Source: an uncultured Chitinophagaceae bacterium
GTDB taxonomy: Bacteria > Bacteroidota > Bacteroidia > Chitinophagales > Chitinophagaceae
Assembly: GCA_963775145.1 (NCBI GenBank)
Contig: CAVZHZ010000010.1
Span: 450,321 to 514,320 of the forward strand
Direction: 5' to 3'
Length of the DNA stretch: 64,000 bases
Under the pieces are notes generated by a model. It was given only the letters and a program-made list of their open reading frames with translations. It was not told the origin of the DNA and did not search any database. A program made the position numbers and the translations under genes. Positions within the stretch are counted from its first letter, which is position 1. Each line of letters starts with the position of its first letter. Shown in pieces: positions 61,421 through 64,000 of this stretch.

Positions 61421-62503
61421 TTAATTCTTACCCTTCAAATAAGCAGATATTATTTCAGCAGCCAATTTATGACCATATTCGTTCCAATGACCGTCCAGTT
61501 CAGAATTGAATTTAATCTTATTCTTTTCGAAATCGGCTTTCATATAGGGCGTTAAATCCAGGAACTCGACCGCGTTAGCAGAACAGATATTCCTCAACAT
61601 ATCATACATCCAGGCAACCTTGCTTTTATCTAAGCTATTATTATAAATAGCTTCCCGGGGTGCGTCCATTACAAATACCACCCTCTTATCACTATTTTCT
61701 TCCTTAATTTTCTTCACTAAATAGGTGATCGCTTTAAGAATACGTTCTTTATTTTTCTCTACTTCCTGCGGATCAATATTTCCTTCATAGCCATACTTCT
61801 GAGGAGCGAGGTATTTTGCCCTGATTTCAGAAACTTTAATATTTAAGTATAAATAGCGAAAGAAGGCACTTTTATAAAGAAGTCTCTTCCATGGCCGGTA
61901 TTGGGGATAGCTGTTATTCGTTTGGGGTATCGTCTCTGTTATGGAATCATTTTTATCAAACGACACCTGGAGAAACTGTGAATCGCTGGGGTTCAGCTCC
62001 CGGATACTTTCATCAAAATCGTTAAGAACAATATTAAAAATAAGAATGTCGGACTTGAAATGGCGGTTAACATACCGGCTCATGTGCAAATATTGAGAAA
62101 GAGGTGCTCCCGATTTGCCGAATGCATATACTTCATATTCGTTATTGAATATCCCTTTTAGCAGGTAGGGATAGCTTTTGTCCCCGTTAACCTGGAAGGC
62201 TTCTATATAGGAATCCCCAATGACCGATATTAATTTTTTCTCTTTAGCCTCACTGTAATCGATCGGGTAATTCCAGTGCCGGTTATTGATATGCCAGTTT
62301 GTTTTGATTTGAGCGGCTTTTCCAATGGTAATAACTCCGTTGGTGTTGCTGTCGGCAAAGGCATATAATTTTTCCTTTTCATAAAAATAACTCATAGGAG
62401 GATCAGAAGCTTTAATAACAAAACGAAAAAATAATTCCAGAATCAAAAACAAAACCAAGAGAGAAGGAAGAGTGATATAAAAAAAGTTTCTGATTGCCTT
62501 CAT
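61421..62503 (-). CDS. SGNH/GDSL hydrolase-like membrane-anchored protein
   Basis: N-terminal TM, IGDSYIE, GKSGAP and DGHWNEYGH motifs. Confidence 0.85.
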   Translation of the reverse strand: MKAIRNFFYITLPSLLVLFLILELFFRFVIKASDPPMSYFYEKEKLYAFADSNTNGVITIGKAAQIKTNWHINNRHWNYPIDYSEAKEKKLISVIGDSYIEAFQVNGDKSYPYLLKGIFNNEYEVYAFGKSGAPLSQYLHMSRYVNRHFKSDILIFNIVLNDFDESIRELNPSDSQFLQVSFDKNDSITETIPQTNNSYPQYRPWKRLLYKSAFFRYLYLNIKVSEIRAKYLAPQKYGYEGNIDPQEVEKNKERILKAITYLVKKIKEENSDKRVVFVMDAPREAIYNNSLDKSKVAWMYDMLRNICSANAVEFLDLTPYMKADFEKNKIKFNSELDGHWNEYGHKLAAEIISAYLKGKN

Positions 62504-62726
62504 AAAAAATTTATATTTCATCAAATTTAAACTTTTCAATTAAACTTGTATTATTCTTTCCGGTACCTCTTTGCCCACCCATTATTAACTCCAAATTATT
62601 TCTGTAAGAAAATTTTTTAACTGCCCTGTAGTAAAAAAACTATATTGGCTGGATTGGGTGTTATCGTTCCTGGCAATGCCCTCTCCTGATTATGGAGAAT
62701 ATTTTGAATTATACCATTCATGAAAA

Positions 62727-62760
62727 AGTAAAAGCCGCTTCTCTGGAAACGGCTTTTACT
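62727..62760 (-). terminator. Intrinsic terminator after the PKD/T9SS gene
   Basis: AGTAAAAGCCG / CGGCTTTTACT followed by T-rich sequence on the minus strand. Confidence 0.75.
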
Positions 62761-62778
62761 TATTTATTACGCTATAAC

Positions 62779-63999
62779 TTATTGCTTAATGAACTTCTTG
62801 ACCATCCGCTTTCTGTTATCAATGATTACCTCTATGTAATACATACCGGTTTTTAAATCCGCAATCTGAAATTGTTTTTCGTAGAATGTTTGAGACTTGG
62901 TAAACTGAATCGATTTCTCCAAAATTCCATTCAGATTATAGAAGTTAAGTTTTCCAATCCCCATTGAATCACTGATACAACGTATATTCAGGTTGCTCAT
63001 GGCGGGGTTTGGATAAACGATCAGTACTTCTTCCGATCGCAAAATGTCCACTATAGAAACGGTAACCGTGTCTCTGTCAATGGCTCCTTTATCATCAGTT
63101 ACTGTTAATTCAAAAGAATAATCTCCCGCTATCAGATTGTTTACATTGGTAATGGCATTAAATGAACTATTAATGGCGCTTAAAGAAGGTCCGCTCACCT
63201 GCCTCCAGGTATAGGTAACGATACTTCCATCACTATCAAATGAACCGCTTCCGTTTAACAGACCACTTTGTGCCGGAACGGACATGCTCGTATCATTTCC
63301 CGCTAACGCTACGGGTGCCTGGTTCGGGCCGACCCCCACGGTTACGGTCACCTGGTCTTTTGCGGTAGCTCCATTATTATCCGTTACGGTCAATTCAAAA
63401 ACATACACGCCTTGCTGAACACCCACCACATTGGGGGTAGCCGTATTTGAATTAACAATAGTTATTGCTCCTGCTCCACTTATTTTAATCCAGTTGAACC
63501 CTACTATCGTACCATCGGGATCAGAAGAAGCGCTACCATTTAACAGAATAACAGGATTGGGTAAATTAACGCTAATATCTGCTCCTGCATTCGCATTCGG
63601 TGCCTGGTTACCTGGTAGAGGTGCCGCATTTACTGTAACGAGTACTGTATCACTATCCGTAGCGCCATTATTATCTGTCACTACTAACCGGAACCCGTAT
63701 GATCCCTGGATAAGATTCGTTAATGCCGTGGATGCGGAAGCCGGGTTGCCAATTGTAAACGTGGCCGGTCCGCTGATCCTGGTCCAGCTATATGTACTAA
63801 TGGTTCCATCGGGATCGGATGATGCCGAACCGTTCAGGGTGGTATTATTTGTTGGCAGTGTTATAGTAATATCTGTTCCTGCATTTGCATTCGGTGCCTG
63901 GTTACCTGGTAGAGGTGCCGCATTTACTGTAACAAGTACTGTATCACTATCCGTAGCGCCATTATTATCTGTCACTACTAACCGGAACCCGTATGTTCC
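62779..63999 (-). CDS. C-terminal part of a PKD-like repeat protein with T9SS type A CTD (5' end outside the window)
   Basis: Frame open to the window edge; repeated NQAPNANAG.D...LNGSASSDPDG; ~294-bp internal repeat (63661/63955); VYPNP...KTGMYYIEV...KFIKQ. Confidence 0.88.
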   Translation of the reverse strand, partial: GTYGFRLVVTDNNGATDSDTVLVTVNAAPLPGNQAPNANAGTDITITLPTNNTTLNGSASSDPDGTISTYSWTRISGPATFTIGNPASASTALTNLIQGSYGFRLVVTDNNGATDSDTVLVTVNAAPLPGNQAPNANAGADISVNLPNPVILLNGSASSDPDGTIVGFNWIKISGAGAITIVNSNTATPNVVGVQQGVYVFELTVTDNNGATAKDQVTVTVGVGPNQAPVALAGNDTSMSVPAQSGLLNGSGSFDSDGSIVTYTWRQVSGPSLSAINSSFNAITNVNNLIAGDYSFELTVTDDKGAIDRDTVTVSIVDILRSEEVLIVYPNPAMSNLNIRCISDSMGIGKLNFYNLNGILEKSIQFTKSQTFYEKQFQIADLKTGMYYIEVIIDNRKRMVKKFIKQ

Positions 64000-64000
64000 C

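Overview
Bacteroidota chromosomal window, most like Chitinophagaceae (inferred from gene content, T9SS cargo architecture and Gln-start mature secreted proteins). About 1-27.4 kb is core genome: fsa/tal, SRP RNA, DUF5103, LolC/E-type permease, TrmH, TamL/BamA-like, truB, a MoxR-DUF58-DUF4350-DUF4129-SpoIIM-RDD cluster, proS, a lipoprotein plus FadL-like barrel, miaA, CCA enzyme, GT9, TsaC, dapD, EamA and tRNA-Leu(CAG). Everything downstream of the tRNA looks accessory. First comes a 1.6-kb islet closed by a second copy of the tRNA 3' end, which is itself interrupted by a 27-bp palindrome. After that come a low-GC GT4, an MFS transporter and about 30 kb of four giant modular secreted proteins. 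Two of these are tandem paralogs with near-identical PQQ-sugar-dehydrogenase-like heads but different stalks and C-termini. The third is a divergently transcribed ~4160-aa protein (DMFase-beta-like, deacetylase-like, DUF4082, SprB) split by three single-base insertions, and the fourth is a partial PKD/T9SS protein. Two of the four end in a shared, non-T9SS-A, Cys-containing C-terminal domain. Several +1 single-base insertions across the window suggest long-read consensus errors. All domain names come from motif recognition by eye; no database search was run.
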